Source: Bdellovibrionota bacterium (GTDB lineage: Bacteria > Bdellovibrionota_C > UBA2361 > JBGSMV01). From it: a DNA stretch of 64,000 nt. Of this stretch, positions 1 to 9,947 are shown in pieces (the first letter of the stretch is position 1; each line of letters starts with the position of its first letter). Where the stretch lies: contig JBIKWF010000005.1 in the NCBI GenBank assembly GCA_044356455.1, forward strand, positions 1,917 to 65,916, in the 5' to 3' direction. A program made the translations under genes and the position numbers. The notes under the pieces were generated by a model that saw nothing but the letters and a program-made list of their open reading frames with translations, did no database searches and was not told the origin of the DNA.

Positions 1-344
1 TTTACTGCGCGTACTTGGAGCACCTCAAGGGTAGGCAAACTCTCTGATTGTAAAGGTGCGGCAAGGGGCCCTGTGCGTGGCGCAGCGGGCAGTCTTCGAA
101 CTACGTATTCATTCTCTACCACGAGATTTTTCTTGCCTGAGGTATCTGCGTGAGCGAACGAGGAGGAGCCTAAAATGGCAAGCGCGAGGGTGATAGAGGC
201 TCCCGTTCTGAGGAGGGGCCAGAGATTCTGAGAGAACGGATTCTGAGAAAACAAGCGAAGGAGATTTAAAGAGTGCCGCCCGTCATGCAGCAAACTATCA
301 TGCTGCAACTCGCAGTGCTGCGATAAGGATTCAATTCGCTGCAT
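1..344 (-). CDS. Partial CDS running off the left edge; hypothetical secreted protein (N-terminal part only)
   Basis: It is absent from the ORF track because it has no stop inside the window. By hand, one minus-strand frame has no stop from 395 down to base 1. There is an ATG at 344 and an alternative TTG at 254. The translation contains a signal-peptide-like stretch, RTGASITLALAILGSSSFAHA/DTSGKK. No family was recognised and the start is uncertain. Confidence 0.35.
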   Translation of the reverse strand, partial: MQRIESLSQHCELQHDSLLHDGRHSLNLLRLFSQNPFSQNLWPLLRTGASITLALAILGSSSFAHADTSGKKNLVVENEYVVRRLPAAPRTGPLAAPLQSESLPTLEVLQVRAV

Positions 345-479
345 GTTCCTCGTCTGAAGTTCCCCAAGAGGTTTCGGGACTATACTCTTCTCCCATTACT
401 ATTAAAGGGGGCGCCACGCAGAATCGCGGACTTCACTGAGGTGAGAATGAATCCACTCGTCATTTCACGTGCCTAGCCT

Positions 480-1277
480 TTATTGCGACGCCGAACGCTT
501 GTTCCGTAGGTCTGACTCAAGGTCGAAGTCCGCAAGTTCCTTTAGTAATTTGCATAGGTTACTGAAAAGTGAACCTGAAGAAAGCAGTTCGCTGCCCGGA
601 GCTCTCAGCTCTTCGGCTGAAATTCGTAACTTTAAAATTTTCTCATCTGCTTCAAGGAGCAGGGTTTGAGTAACGGAGGGAGTTCCTGCGAACCATGCGC
701 CGAGGCGGGAATGCCCATACAGGTCAAAGCCGGCTCTAAAACGAAGTGGCTGCAAAGGGAATATCCGCCCTAACTGACCGAAAGGAATTTCTGCTGGGAT
801 TTCTCCGCGTCGCTCAAGGTGAAGTGCATGTTCAATCGCGTTCTCACCCGAGAAACCCAGAAAAGGGGTGCTGATACGCCAGCAAAAAGGCAGCTCTTCG
901 GGAGCTGTTTCCGCGTCTGACTGGTGGAAAGTGAGACCAGACAGGAAGAAAAGCTCGTTGGTAGTGGGTAGTTCAAAAGAGGGGATCGCTGAATCTATCA
1001 GGTTACTCTGATCGCGGCCTTTCAAATTTTTTAGAACTGCGCGGCTAGTCGCAGAATCCGTAATGACTTTGCTGGGCAGAATTAGGGAGCCTAACTGTGT
1101 GAGCGCCCCATCAACGAGCAGACTCAAGTGAAAGGAGCCCAGGGAAATCGAGAGATCGTATTGCAGAGCAAAGGACCGAAGGAGCCAATTTTTCTTGAGG
1201 CTCAAGGTCGATGACAGAACATGGGAGCTCTTGGGCGATTGCATTCCCACACTATCTCTTAGTTCGCCTGTTCTCAT
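480..1277 (-). CDS. Hypothetical protein (265 aa), divergent from the Tad-type cluster
   Basis: Long ORF with plausible composition. It has no signal peptide, no TM segment and no motif I can name. The overlapping ORFs 469..669(+) and 770..976(-) are treated as shadows. Confidence 0.5.
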   Translation of the reverse strand: MRTGELRDSVGMQSPKSSHVLSSTLSLKKNWLLRSFALQYDLSISLGSFHLSLLVDGALTQLGSLILPSKVITDSATSRAVLKNLKGRDQSNLIDSAIPSFELPTTNELFFLSGLTFHQSDAETAPEELPFCWRISTPFLGFSGENAIEHALHLERRGEIPAEIPFGQLGRIFPLQPLRFRAGFDLYGHSRLGAWFAGTPSVTQTLLLEADEKILKLRISAEELRAPGSELLSSGSLFSNLCKLLKELADFDLESDLRNKRSASQ

Positions 1278-1620
1278 AAGTCGTTTTTAGTTCGTTTGGG
1301 TAAGCTAATTTTGATTAGGCCTCCCGGCGCTGGTACCCTACCATAACGTCATCCAATGGTCTCTTTTGGGCCAGCTTCGCGGGGAACCCCGCGAGATTCA
1401 AGGTGTTAAACTCCAGGTTTTCTCTCTCTCTTCAAACACGGGGTAGCGGCAACAAAGCCTCTACGCCGAAGTTGCGCGGGAGGCTGTTTTAAGACGAGGA
1501 AACTTTCGGAAAAAAATTCCGATAATCCGACGCTCGATTGCTCTGCTTTGATGCAAGAGCAAAGTGAGTTTGGTCTTTGAGGGCTGGAGGCTACCCAGCG
1601 ACCATTTTGGGAATGCGCGC

Positions 1621-3123
1621 ATGAGCATGATGAACATCGCAGTGGTGGATCTGAGCGCAGAACTTCGCCAGCAGCTCGTCGAGCGACTCAGTCGCTGGCT
1701 GCGTTCACCGCTCGAACACTTCCCTTTACTTCCGCGTGCTTCCCTCAAACCGCTTTCTCCTCATGAACTTAAATTCCACGCGGCCCCGGACCTTTGTATA
1801 CTTGGACCGGGACTTATCGCCGCTGACCTTATTGAAATATCAAGAGTGAGGAAGCTGCTTCCCTCCACACCGATTCTTGTTTGTGCTACGAACGAGCTCA
1901 GCTCGTTGTCGTGTTTAGAGCAAATCGCTCGGCTTGGGGCGGATGACGTTCTTGATGAGCGCGGAAGCGCGGAAGATTTCATTCGTAAGCTCATCTTGCT
2001 ATCTCGAAAAATTCAGAAAACCAGTGCCGGCACTCTTGTGCTTATCGAAGGAGGCAAGGGCGGTGTGGGTACTACCTCACTCACTGCAGCCTTAGGAGAG
2101 CTTCTTGCCGAGCAAGGAAAGCGTGTGGTGGTGGTAGACGGAGACTACGAAAGCCAAGACCTTTCGAGATTCTTGCAGGCGAAGCCCTTCATCAACGATC
2201 CTTTGCGCCTTCTTCTTGACGAGCAGCGTCCGGTAACTGACGAATTTGTCGCCCAGTGCGTAGTTCCTATCTGGCAGGACATGGAAGGGTTTCGCTGCAT
2301 GCCTCCGCCACCGGAGACAGACGATCTTTATGCAGCGAGCGCTTCTCAAGCCCGAATTTTTGCCGGAGTTTTTGAGGCGCTCGATTCAGAGGCCGATTGT
2401 ATACTAGTGGATGTGGGAGCTATCCGCGGCATGCTGCGCAGCGTCCTGTACCGTATTGCTGACACCCTTCTCTTTGTAGTGAATAACGATCCGGCTTCGC
2501 TTTTTGCGTCAATCGACAGGGTCGAACGCGCTCAATCGGCTCTTTCCGCCGGAGCGAAACTTTTCGTAGTGGAAAATGGTGCTTTTAGCGGCGGGCTCTC
2601 GAACGAGCTTCTGCGAGAAGAATTTGTGCGCTCTGCAAAGGTCGACCGTTCGCAGTGGATTGAGGGTTCCCTTCCCTTTTGTCGCCAAGGGGCGCGTTGG
2701 CCTGCCTCCGGGGGGACGTTGTTCTCTCAAGGATCGAAGCGCCTTGCCGCGCGGCTCACGGCCGTTGCTGAGGCCCTTGGGCTCATCCCGGCATCGAGCA
2801 AGAGCCACGTTTCTCAGTGGTTCAAGTTGCCTTCGTGGAGCCCCAAGGTTCATACGATTGCAAGCCCGGAAAGGATGGCGTTGCCATCTCCGATAGAAGA
2901 GATGCCGCAGGAGTTTGTGAGAAGTACGACCAAACGAGTGGCGGGTGAACCACTTGCCCCCTTTGGAGTCGGACGGAAGGAAAATGCACCTGCTCCTACT
3001 CCGGCCGCCGCTATGCCCGAAGCACCTCCGAAGCTACTAAGTCTACCGGAAGTGGCTCCGAAGCTTGAGGGTGGAGAAGAGGATCTTGAAAGATATGTAA
3101 CGAGGGCGCGTATAGCCTCGTAG
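1621..3123 (+). CDS. cpaE: CpaE/TadZ-like pilus-assembly ATPase-fold protein (receiver-like N-domain plus ParA/MinD-type domain)
   Basis: The ATG at 1621 (MSMMNIAVVDL) is preferred to the GTG at 1564. It has a deviant Walker A 'IEGGKGGVGTTSL' and 'VVVVDGD', as in ParA/MinD/TadZ proteins, and a Pro/Ala-rich C-terminal tail. It is the first gene of the Tad-type cluster. Confidence 0.75.
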   Translation: MSMMNIAVVDLSAELRQQLVERLSRWLRSPLEHFPLLPRASLKPLSPHELKFHAAPDLCILGPGLIAADLIEISRVRKLLPSTPILVCATNELSSLSCLEQIARLGADDVLDERGSAEDFIRKLILLSRKIQKTSAGTLVLIEGGKGGVGTTSLTAALGELLAEQGKRVVVVDGDYESQDLSRFLQAKPFINDPLRLLLDEQRPVTDEFVAQCVVPIWQDMEGFRCMPPPPETDDLYAASASQARIFAGVFEALDSEADCILVDVGAIRGMLRSVLYRIADTLLFVVNNDPASLFASIDRVERAQSALSAGAKLFVVENGAFSGGLSNELLREEFVRSAKVDRSQWIEGSLPFCRQGARWPASGGTLFSQGSKRLAARLTAVAEALGLIPASSKSHVSQWFKLPSWSPKVHTIASPERMALPSPIEEMPQEFVRSTTKRVAGEPLAPFGVGRKENAPAPTPAAAMPEAPPKLLSLPEVAPKLEGGEEDLERYVTRARIAS

Positions 3124-3163
3124 CTTTTGAATCAAACTTGTCTGTTGTTAGGGAGAAGTACGT

Positions 3164-3373
3164 ATGAAGAAGCACATCAAGCAATCCAGAAGAGAGCGAG
3201 GCTTTTCACTGCTCGAATACTGCGCAGGAGCGGCCGTGATACTTGTTACCATTTGGGGTGCTCTTACTGTGATGGGCAATAATATTGAAGGATTGCTCGG
3301 CTCCATTGGAGATTGGGCAACTCGCCGTCAGGGTGAGATTTCCGGAGGAACTGGGCAAGGCGGGGGCGATTAA
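3164..3373 (+). CDS. flp: Flp/Fap-family pilin precursor
   Basis: 69 aa. A basic leader is followed by 'RG/FSLLEY', which matches the Flp processing motif G/xxxxEY, and then by the hydrophobic helix AGAAVILVTIWGAL. There is a purine-rich RBS (GGGAGAAG) upstream. It lies between the tadZ-like gene and cpaB. Confidence 0.8.
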   Translation: MKKHIKQSRRERGFSLLEYCAGAAVILVTIWGALTVMGNNIEGLLGSIGDWATRRQGEISGGTGQGGGD

Positions 3374-3536
3374 GTCGACCTTTTCCTGACCTCGAGGGCT
3401 CTCGTATCTACCAGGTGCTCTTTGATATTGCGGTCGCTGAGTGCGTTCGGTTCGGCGTCTGAGGTCATGGAAATATCCTTTCTTCTTGGTTCTCCAAGAT
3501 GAAAGGAAATTCATTCAATTCCTAAAGAGTCTCCCT

Positions 3537-4421
3537 ATGGCAGCTAGAACAGCTAGTGTCGCACGCAGGAATCGGAGGTCTTCTTCCACCGTCGCAGCGA
3601 GTCTTGTCCTTGGTGGTTGCATCGTCGCTGCTGCCTTGCTCGTATCGCGGCAGAGCAGTGGCAAGGAGCGTTCTGTTCCCCCACCTGTGGTCGTGGCCGA
3701 GTTTGATACGGTTCAAATCCCGGTGCCCGCCCAGGCGGTCGCAATTGGAACGAGAGTTAAGGATATCAAGTTCAAGACGGTTGCTTTTCCAAAGCATCAG
3801 ATTCCTGTGGGAAGCATCACTGCGTTGGCGGAAGTTTCTGAGGCCGTGACGATAGCACCCCTTCCTGCCAATGTGCCCCTGTTTAAGGCGAACCTCTCGT
3901 TTAGTGCTACCGGCACTAATCCAGTCATGGAGAGAATTCCTCAAGGCATGCGGGCGATGACCGTGAGGGTTGATGCCACTGCTGCGGTGGAAGGTTGGGC
4001 AGGATCAGGCTCAGTAGTCGATGTTCTTCTGGTGGAGAAAGATCGCACGACGGTCGTAGCCGAGAATGTTAAAATCCTGTCCGCAGAGCGTTCGGTCACT
4101 CCCGTAGAGGGGCAAGCTGCCCCAAATGTTCCAAGTACCGTGACCCTGCTCGTATCCCAGGAGCAGTGCCTTGCAATCAATACGGCAATACCGCGTGGCC
4201 GAATCGCGTTTGCGCTGCGAAGTGCGCGCGATCAGGACGGTTGGCGAGATCCGGTCTTCAATGCCGCTCAGCTGTCAGGACCAAAAGAGTCTGGCACCGA
4301 GGAGAGCCAAGCGGTCGAGGGCTATTTAACGATAGATGGGAAAAACTTTGCCGTGATGCATGGGCGTTTAGTCCCCGTAGGCGGAGAGATCCCGGGTCGT
4401 CTCGCACTTGAGGATCGATAG
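3537..4421 (+). CDS. cpaB: Flp pilus assembly protein CpaB/RcpC
   Basis: The ATG at 3537 (MAARTASVARRNRR, followed by one TM helix) is preferred to the upstream in-frame start at 3441. It has a SAF-like segment 'FDTVQIPVPAQAVAIGTRVKDIKFKTVAFPK' and an RcpC-like C-terminal region. Confidence 0.8.
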   Translation: MAARTASVARRNRRSSSTVAASLVLGGCIVAAALLVSRQSSGKERSVPPPVVVAEFDTVQIPVPAQAVAIGTRVKDIKFKTVAFPKHQIPVGSITALAEVSEAVTIAPLPANVPLFKANLSFSATGTNPVMERIPQGMRAMTVRVDATAAVEGWAGSGSVVDVLLVEKDRTTVVAENVKILSAERSVTPVEGQAAPNVPSTVTLLVSQEQCLAINTAIPRGRIAFALRSARDQDGWRDPVFNAAQLSGPKESGTEESQAVEGYLTIDGKNFAVMHGRLVPVGGEIPGRLALEDR

Positions 4422-4497
4422 TCGTCAGGAGCCGGGCGTAACTTCAGGAGCGACGTTTCAAGTTAACTAGATTTTGAGTTTTCCGGTGTAGAGCGGT

Positions 4498-5952
4498 ATG
4501 CGAAAACTTTCATTTGACCCGGAGTTTGGGAATCCGCAGAAGTTTCTTCCCGCGCCTCAGTCCTCGGTTGACGGGGCGAGCAAGCGTCAGGCGCTGTCTC
4601 CCGCACTCGCTCATATTCTCGAGGAAGTTCAGCGTGAGCTGGGCTATGGGAAATCACATGGAGAAGAGGAGGAACTTCCGAGTACGCGTGAGCTTGAAGG
4701 GCTCGTACGCACCGTAGCGCAGAGGCTGGGATTCGAGCTTTCAAATTATGAGCGCGACGAAATTCTATCGCACCTCGAGAGAGAGCAGAAACCTTTCGGC
4801 GTGCTTCAAGATCTGGTAGACGACCCCCAGGTTTCTGACATTATCGTCACCCATTATCAGCGCGTGGCGGTGCAGCAAGGCCGCCGCAACTATACGACTG
4901 GGGTCGCCTTCTCAACGCAAGATGCCTACGATGCTTTTGTAGAGCGTCTCCTGCAGAAAGCCGGCACCACCTATTCCACAAAGAAGCCAATTGCCGATGG
5001 CATGATAGGGTCCTTTGCTCGTATCCATGCCGTTCATCGTTCCCTGTGTGAGTCCGGCCCCTACCTCACTATTCGTTTAAATCGCTTCTCCCGCGTTGAG
5101 ATAAGCGACCTGGTGAAGCTAGGAATGGCTCCGCAGGCCGTATTCAGTTACCTGCAAGGACTTGTCTATGCGGGTAAGACGCTGCTTTTGGTCGGAGAGG
5201 TAGGCACCGGAAAAACTACTCTTTCGAGGGCTCTGGCAGGCAGCATCCCGCAGGAAGAGGCAATTTTAGTAATCGAGGATACCCCCGAAATTCGCCTCGA
5301 GCACCCGCATGTGCGCTATGTCACGACGCGCGAAGCGAATGCAGATGGAGCGGGGCGAGTCTCGCCAAGTGAGTGCATTCGAGCGGGCATGCGCATGGCG
5401 ATGAACCGCATTATCTTCGGTGAAATGCGGGATGCGGAGGCTGCGGAAGCGTTTATCGACGTATGCGCTTCTGGCCATCCCGGGATCTCCACGATTCACG
5501 CGCGCACGGCGGGAGAAGCGGTTGCGCGTTTGGAGCTCTTTCTCGGTCGTTCGCAGCGCGGCGTAGAGCGCCAGGTACTTACGCAGCAGATTGCGACGGC
5601 AGTTCAGGCAGTCGTTTTCGTCGATATTTGCCATGAAACAGGCGCGCGGCGAGTCATGAACGTGGTTGAAATTGGCCCAGTGGCTGATGGGGTACTCCGC
5701 CAGCGCGAGATATTTAAATACGAACTCGTCAAAGCTCAAAATTCGCTCAGCAGCTCGTCGGCCGGAGGAGAATGGAAACCCGCGTGGAAGGTGGCACACC
5801 GCGTGAGTGCTCACCGCGAAGAGCTCGAAGCTCTTGAGAGCCCAGTGCTTCTGAGCGGGCTCCCCGCGCTTCTTGAGCTCCCCGAGAAAAGAGAACCATC
5901 AAACAAAGCTGCGGATCCAGCTCCGCAGCCCAGTCTAAGAAGGGTTTTCTAG
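4498..5952 (+). CDS. cpaF: Tad/Cpa secretion ATPase CpaF/TadA
   Basis: Motifs present: Walker A 'GEVGTGKTTL', 'AILVIEDTPEI', 'NRIIFGEMRDAEA' and His box 'GHPGISTIHA'. This set is typical of the CpaF/TadA (VirB11-like) family. Confidence 0.9.
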   Translation: MRKLSFDPEFGNPQKFLPAPQSSVDGASKRQALSPALAHILEEVQRELGYGKSHGEEEELPSTRELEGLVRTVAQRLGFELSNYERDEILSHLEREQKPFGVLQDLVDDPQVSDIIVTHYQRVAVQQGRRNYTTGVAFSTQDAYDAFVERLLQKAGTTYSTKKPIADGMIGSFARIHAVHRSLCESGPYLTIRLNRFSRVEISDLVKLGMAPQAVFSYLQGLVYAGKTLLLVGEVGTGKTTLSRALAGSIPQEEAILVIEDTPEIRLEHPHVRYVTTREANADGAGRVSPSECIRAGMRMAMNRIIFGEMRDAEAAEAFIDVCASGHPGISTIHARTAGEAVARLELFLGRSQRGVERQVLTQQIATAVQAVVFVDICHETGARRVMNVVEIGPVADGVLRQREIFKYELVKAQNSLSSSSAGGEWKPAWKVAHRVSAHREELEALESPVLLSGLPALLELPEKREPSNKAADPAPQPSLRRVF

Positions 5953-5953
5953 T

Positions 5954-6829
5954 ATGGGCGTCTTTTCGAGAGCTGCGACACTCCGTGACCTCGATAGAGC
6001 GAGGCGTGTGCTCGGCGCGGATGAAACGTCACGAGAAGAGGCGCCGCGCGTACCTGCTCGCCCGAGGACGGTGGCGGCAGGGTGGGGGCGCGCGTTAGCG
6101 CAGCTGCTACTTTATGCGAATCCGACGGCTTCCGAGCTTCGTGGGCTGCAAACTTTCTTTGTCGTGGTCCTAGGGCTTAGCCTTGCCGCTCTTGTGGTGT
6201 TGAGAAATCCGCTTGGTCTTGTAGGGCTTGGTCTTGCGGCACTTCTGCCTTTTCTGTGGCTTAAGCGCCGAGTGTTTCAGAGAGCGGAAGCTTTTGAGCG
6301 TGATTATCCGGCGATGCTTTTGTCTCTTTCCTCGTCCATTCGCACAGGTCTTGACCCACTTGTTGCGCTGCAGCGCACTACCGATCTTTTTCCGGCGACT
6401 TCTGAGGTAGGAAAAGAGCTGCTGGGGCTTTGTCAGAATATTGAGAAAGGGCTTACCGAAGAAGAGGCAGTCCGAGGCTTTGGGCAGAGCATTCAGCACC
6501 CCGATATCAGACTCTTTCAAACGGCCTTTTTACTTGCGCGCCGTGAAGGCTCTTCCTTGTCCGCATGCTTGCAGCGGCTAGTAAAAGTCACCCGCAACAG
6601 ACAGTCCTTTCGCAGAAAAATGCGTGGAGCAGTTGCTATGCAAAAGCTCTCTGCGATTGGCATTGCTGGCTGTGCCTTTGCCATTGTCTGTATTCAAGCA
6701 GTAACCAACTTTGAGGCGATTCGTCTCTCGCTCCAGCATCCCGTGGGCTCAAAGATGCTAGCAGGGGGAGGTGCCCTGATGGTGCTTGGACTCGGATGGA
6801 TGCTTAAGATGTCTAAGGCGAGGCTCTAG
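5954..6829 (+). CDS. tadB: TadB-like inner-membrane platform protein (single T2SS-F domain)
   Basis: It starts 2 nt after the cpaF stop. It has a T2SS-F-type domain ('FERDYPAMLLSLSSSIRTGLDPLVAL...') flanked by TM helices. Confidence 0.8.
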   Translation: MGVFSRAATLRDLDRARRVLGADETSREEAPRVPARPRTVAAGWGRALAQLLLYANPTASELRGLQTFFVVVLGLSLAALVVLRNPLGLVGLGLAALLPFLWLKRRVFQRAEAFERDYPAMLLSLSSSIRTGLDPLVALQRTTDLFPATSEVGKELLGLCQNIEKGLTEEEAVRGFGQSIQHPDIRLFQTAFLLARREGSSLSACLQRLVKVTRNRQSFRRKMRGAVAMQKLSAIGIAGCAFAIVCIQAVTNFEAIRLSLQHPVGSKMLAGGGALMVLGLGWMLKMSKARL

Positions 6830-6830
6830 T

Positions 6831-7766
6831 ATGGTGGTCGGGACGTGGCTCGCATTAGTACTGCTCTCCGGCGTCGCCCTGGGCTCGATTTGGATTCTTG
6901 TGCAGTCCTCAGGAAGAAGTGCGGCCGATGTGCTTGGCGATCTGTATGCTGATTCCGAGAGAGGAACTATCTGGGATAGCGAAGACGAGAGCTCCAATGA
7001 ATCGGAATCACGCATCTATTTTCTAAGAGACTCGTATGGGTCTTGTGGGAGATTTACACGCGACCAGAGGCTCGCACTCGACCGAGAGCGAGTGGTGTTT
7101 GCCTCGTTAGCGATTCTCCTACCTCTTCTGGCGGTGCTTGTTTCTCGGAGCGCTCAGGTTTTGCACGTAGTTGCGGCTCTTATACTGGGGTCTTCCGCAG
7201 CATACCTTTTGGATAAACAGCGCGTGCGCAGCGCGCGGAGCCGCTTCATTCGCGAAGTCGAGTACTACTTGCCCATCGTGATGGAGCGAGTGGTGATGGC
7301 GGTGCAGGCGGGACTTGATGTTTTGCCGGCGCTCTCTGCCTTGCTCGAGCTCGATGAAGACGAGAACCCTAAACGGGCGCAGCGCATGGCTCGCTCCACC
7401 GGACTTAAGGGCCTTGACCCCGTCAGTAAGCTTCTCTCGGTGGTAGTTGCTCTTACCGAGGCCGGAAGGAGTTTTGAGGATAGTCTCCGTGAAGTGGCAG
7501 ATGCGGTGGGGTGTCCCGCGTTAAAGCACGCATTTATACACCTTGCCGTGGCGCAGCAGGAGGGCGGCGAGTTGGTGGTGCCTCTTCGCGAACTTAGCGA
7601 CTCCACCCAGCTCTATTATCAGGAAACCGTCGAAGAGGAGATAGCGGGAATGCCGGTCAAGGCCACGCTGCCTCTGCTTTGCACCTTCGCGGGGCTCATT
7701 CTGTTTTTCATTACGTCGCCGCTCATTCAAGTGCTCGGCCTTATGACAAAGGCAATGCCGAAATAA
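6831..7766 (+). CDS. tadC: TadC-like inner-membrane platform protein (single T2SS-F domain)
   Basis: The ATG at 6831 lies 2 nt after the tadB stop, whereas the track start at 6786 would overlap tadB. It has a T2SS-F-type domain ('YLPIVMERVVMAVQAGLDVLPAL...') and terminal TM helices. Confidence 0.75.
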   Translation: MVVGTWLALVLLSGVALGSIWILVQSSGRSAADVLGDLYADSERGTIWDSEDESSNESESRIYFLRDSYGSCGRFTRDQRLALDRERVVFASLAILLPLLAVLVSRSAQVLHVVAALILGSSAAYLLDKQRVRSARSRFIREVEYYLPIVMERVVMAVQAGLDVLPALSALLELDEDENPKRAQRMARSTGLKGLDPVSKLLSVVVALTEAGRSFEDSLREVADAVGCPALKHAFIHLAVAQQEGGELVVPLRELSDSTQLYYQETVEEEIAGMPVKATLPLLCTFAGLILFFITSPLIQVLGLMTKAMPK

Positions 7767-7770
7767 AGTT

Positions 7771-9246
7771 ATGAAAGGGATGAATTCAGAGAAGAGGGGA
7801 GGTGAGCGCCGTTCTGAGGCCGGCGCTACTGCTCTATTCTTTGTCTCGGTACTTCTCCCGCTGCTTTTTCTCCTTTTTTCAATTGCGCTTGATGTCAGCG
7901 CTTACTTTCGTGCCCAGCAGCAGGCGCAGCTTGCGCTTGATGAAGCTGCAATGCAGGCGACGCGCTTTTTGCCTTTTACCTCCCTTGCCCAAGGCGCAGC
8001 GACCACGTTTCTTGAGCGCTATGGGGAGTTGCTGCAGGGGACTGTGGTAGAAGTCGAGTCCGATAGAGTACTGCTCTCACTTCGGAAGGATGTTCCTATT
8101 ACCTTTGCGCAGTTCTTTCTTCCGGGAGTGGGAATTCCTCTTGAGAGTTATGCTTCGGCGCGGGTTGTTCCCAGTGACATCTATCTCGCGATGGATTCTT
8201 CGCGTCTTGTAGGACCAGGAAATCCCCAAGAGACGGAGCTCTTCCTTGAGAACTTTCCGACAGCTACTTTTTTTGAATATGACCTGCCGTCAGCTCCCGA
8301 TAATCCTGATCAAGGACCGCGCTATAGAACAGCACTCTGCTTTAATCCGCTCTTTTCGACCGTCAAGCGGGCAGCGATAGAGATTCACGAGTACCTCGCA
8401 GGCTTTAGATTCAACGCCGTTGGCGTGGGCGTATTTCCCGCGCCTGATGGGCTGCTCGATATTCGTCCTTTTTCTCTTACCTCTAGTCTTATTGAGAGCG
8501 GCGCGCCCGAGGGGTTTTTCCCGGCCGGACTTGTGTATGACCGAATCACAGCCGAGTGGTGCGGTGCGGCAGCTTCTTTTGAGAGAGTTTCACCTGAGTA
8601 CTACTTTCCCTCCCGGCAGTCCGGCATTCCGCAATTGGTTTCAATTGATGCGCCCGGGGAGAGCATAATCGATGCCACTTCATACTCTTTTAATCCGAAC
8701 TATGCCCCCGCGGTGAGTTTAATTGAGGCGCTTTGGAGTGTTCCCGTACAAAAGACAGAGCCTCAGTCGGATGTGGTTCTAGGGCAACTCCTTTCACGAA
8801 TTGGGGGCGCGAGTTTTAGTGCGCGCGGTGGTGCTCAGAATGCGGCGCACCGAGTTGGGATTCTTCTTTCAGCGGATGTTCCTTGGGCTGTCGTGCCCGA
8901 TGGCACAGGCGGACTTGTCTCACGGCGCTTTGGCAGTGACGCTCAAGTCGAAGCACAAATGGGCCAGGCGCTTGGCGCCTTCCGGACTTTTGCCGCTCAG
9001 AGTCAGCTTTCTCAGGTTGATCTTTTCTATGCGGTCGTAACAAACGCCCAAAGTCAGGCCGCGGTGGAAGGGCAGCGAGGGGCGCTCGAGGGGCTTTTTG
9101 AAAGGTCGAGGAGCGATCCCGCTACGGGAGAAGTTCAAGAGAATTTTAATGCTCGGCTGATAGTGGCTAGTTCCGCGGAAGAGATGAGGCGCAGAATTGC
9201 TGCCGCTCTGGTTCTTTCGGGAAAAAATGTGGTGCTTTCAAAATGA
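7771..9246 (+). CDS. TadG-like pilus-associated protein (TadE/G-type N-terminal helix plus large extracytoplasmic domain)
   Basis: The N-terminus 'GATALFFVSVLLPLLFLLFSIALDVSAYF' is of the TadE/TadG type. It has a possible VWA/MIDAS-like 'YLAMDSS'. It follows tadC directly. Confidence 0.65.
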   Translation: MKGMNSEKRGGERRSEAGATALFFVSVLLPLLFLLFSIALDVSAYFRAQQQAQLALDEAAMQATRFLPFTSLAQGAATTFLERYGELLQGTVVEVESDRVLLSLRKDVPITFAQFFLPGVGIPLESYASARVVPSDIYLAMDSSRLVGPGNPQETELFLENFPTATFFEYDLPSAPDNPDQGPRYRTALCFNPLFSTVKRAAIEIHEYLAGFRFNAVGVGVFPAPDGLLDIRPFSLTSSLIESGAPEGFFPAGLVYDRITAEWCGAAASFERVSPEYYFPSRQSGIPQLVSIDAPGESIIDATSYSFNPNYAPAVSLIEALWSVPVQKTEPQSDVVLGQLLSRIGGASFSARGGAQNAAHRVGILLSADVPWAVVPDGTGGLVSRRFGSDAQVEAQMGQALGAFRTFAAQSQLSQVDLFYAVVTNAQSQAAVEGQRGALEGLFERSRSDPATGEVQENFNARLIVASSAEEMRRRIAAALVLSGKNVVLSK

Positions 9247-9947
9247 GAAGTGTTCAGGTCTTTCCCTCATCTTCCCAGCCCTCTTCTCAGCAAGGCTCCT
9301 CTTTACTTGAGCTTTTAGGCGTGTTGCTTGTCATTCTTTCGCTTGTGATCGGCGTGGTAGGCGTGGGCGATTATCTTTTGCTCAATTACCGCACGGGGCG
9401 AGCCGTTGATCGTATGGTGTATGACCAGAGTATTAAGCCCCTATCCTTTGACTCCCAGGGAGAAGTTTCTCTTAACCAGAATAGGCTTAGAGACGAAATA
9501 ACAAGCCTTGTTGCAAGGCTAGAAGGGGAGCTTACGACGGAGCTTGATCTAGGCGAGCCGTATCGCATCGAGGTCCAAATTGCCGAGCTTCAGATAGACG
9601 ATAAAGACGGAAAACTTCAGGCGCTTTCCGAGCCATCGTCGCTTTTTGTGAGCCGCGGGGCGATGGAGGTTCCCCCTGAGCTCTCTGAAAAAGCGAGCCT
9701 TACGGGACAATTTCACAGCGTGGCCGGTGAAATCGGCAGCATCTACCCCTTCGCGCTTCCCGCGCCTTCTGGCGCGTCTCTCACCCAGGAAGGAACTTTT
9801 CTTTCCCGCTCGGCACTGCTTGGGATTCGGGTCTTTGCATCCCTGGATAAATCCGCAACTGCGGGGATTCTCGAGAGATTAGGCGTCGAAAATGCTGCCG
9901 TGCTTTACGAAGTGCGAGCGGTGCCACTGCGTGGAGAGATCTTATGA
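9243..9947 (+). CDS. TadE/TadF-like pseudopilin candidate
   Basis: 'QQG/SSLLELLGVLLVILSLVIGVV' gives a Gly cleavage site with Glu at +5 followed by a hydrophobic helix, as in Flp-type pseudopilins. The start overlaps the preceding stop by 4 nt. Confidence 0.5.
   Translation: MRSVQVFPSSSQPSSQQGSSLLELLGVLLVILSLVIGVVGVGDYLLLNYRTGRAVDRMVYDQSIKPLSFDSQGEVSLNQNRLRDEITSLVARLEGELTTELDLGEPYRIEVQIAELQIDDKDGKLQALSEPSSLFVSRGAMEVPPELSEKASLTGQFHSVAGEIGSIYPFALPAPSGASLTQEGTFLSRSALLGIRVFASLDKSATAGILERLGVENAAVLYEVRAVPLRGEIL

Noticed and set aside
5266-5814. Large antisense ORFs inside confidently assigned genes: 5266..5814, 11748..12515, 10429..10884, 32322..32888, 34163..34705, 40834..41322 and 41435..41830
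   Set aside because: Each lies opposite a gene with clear family motifs. Their composition (Arg/Ser/Cys-rich) is typical of shadow frames.
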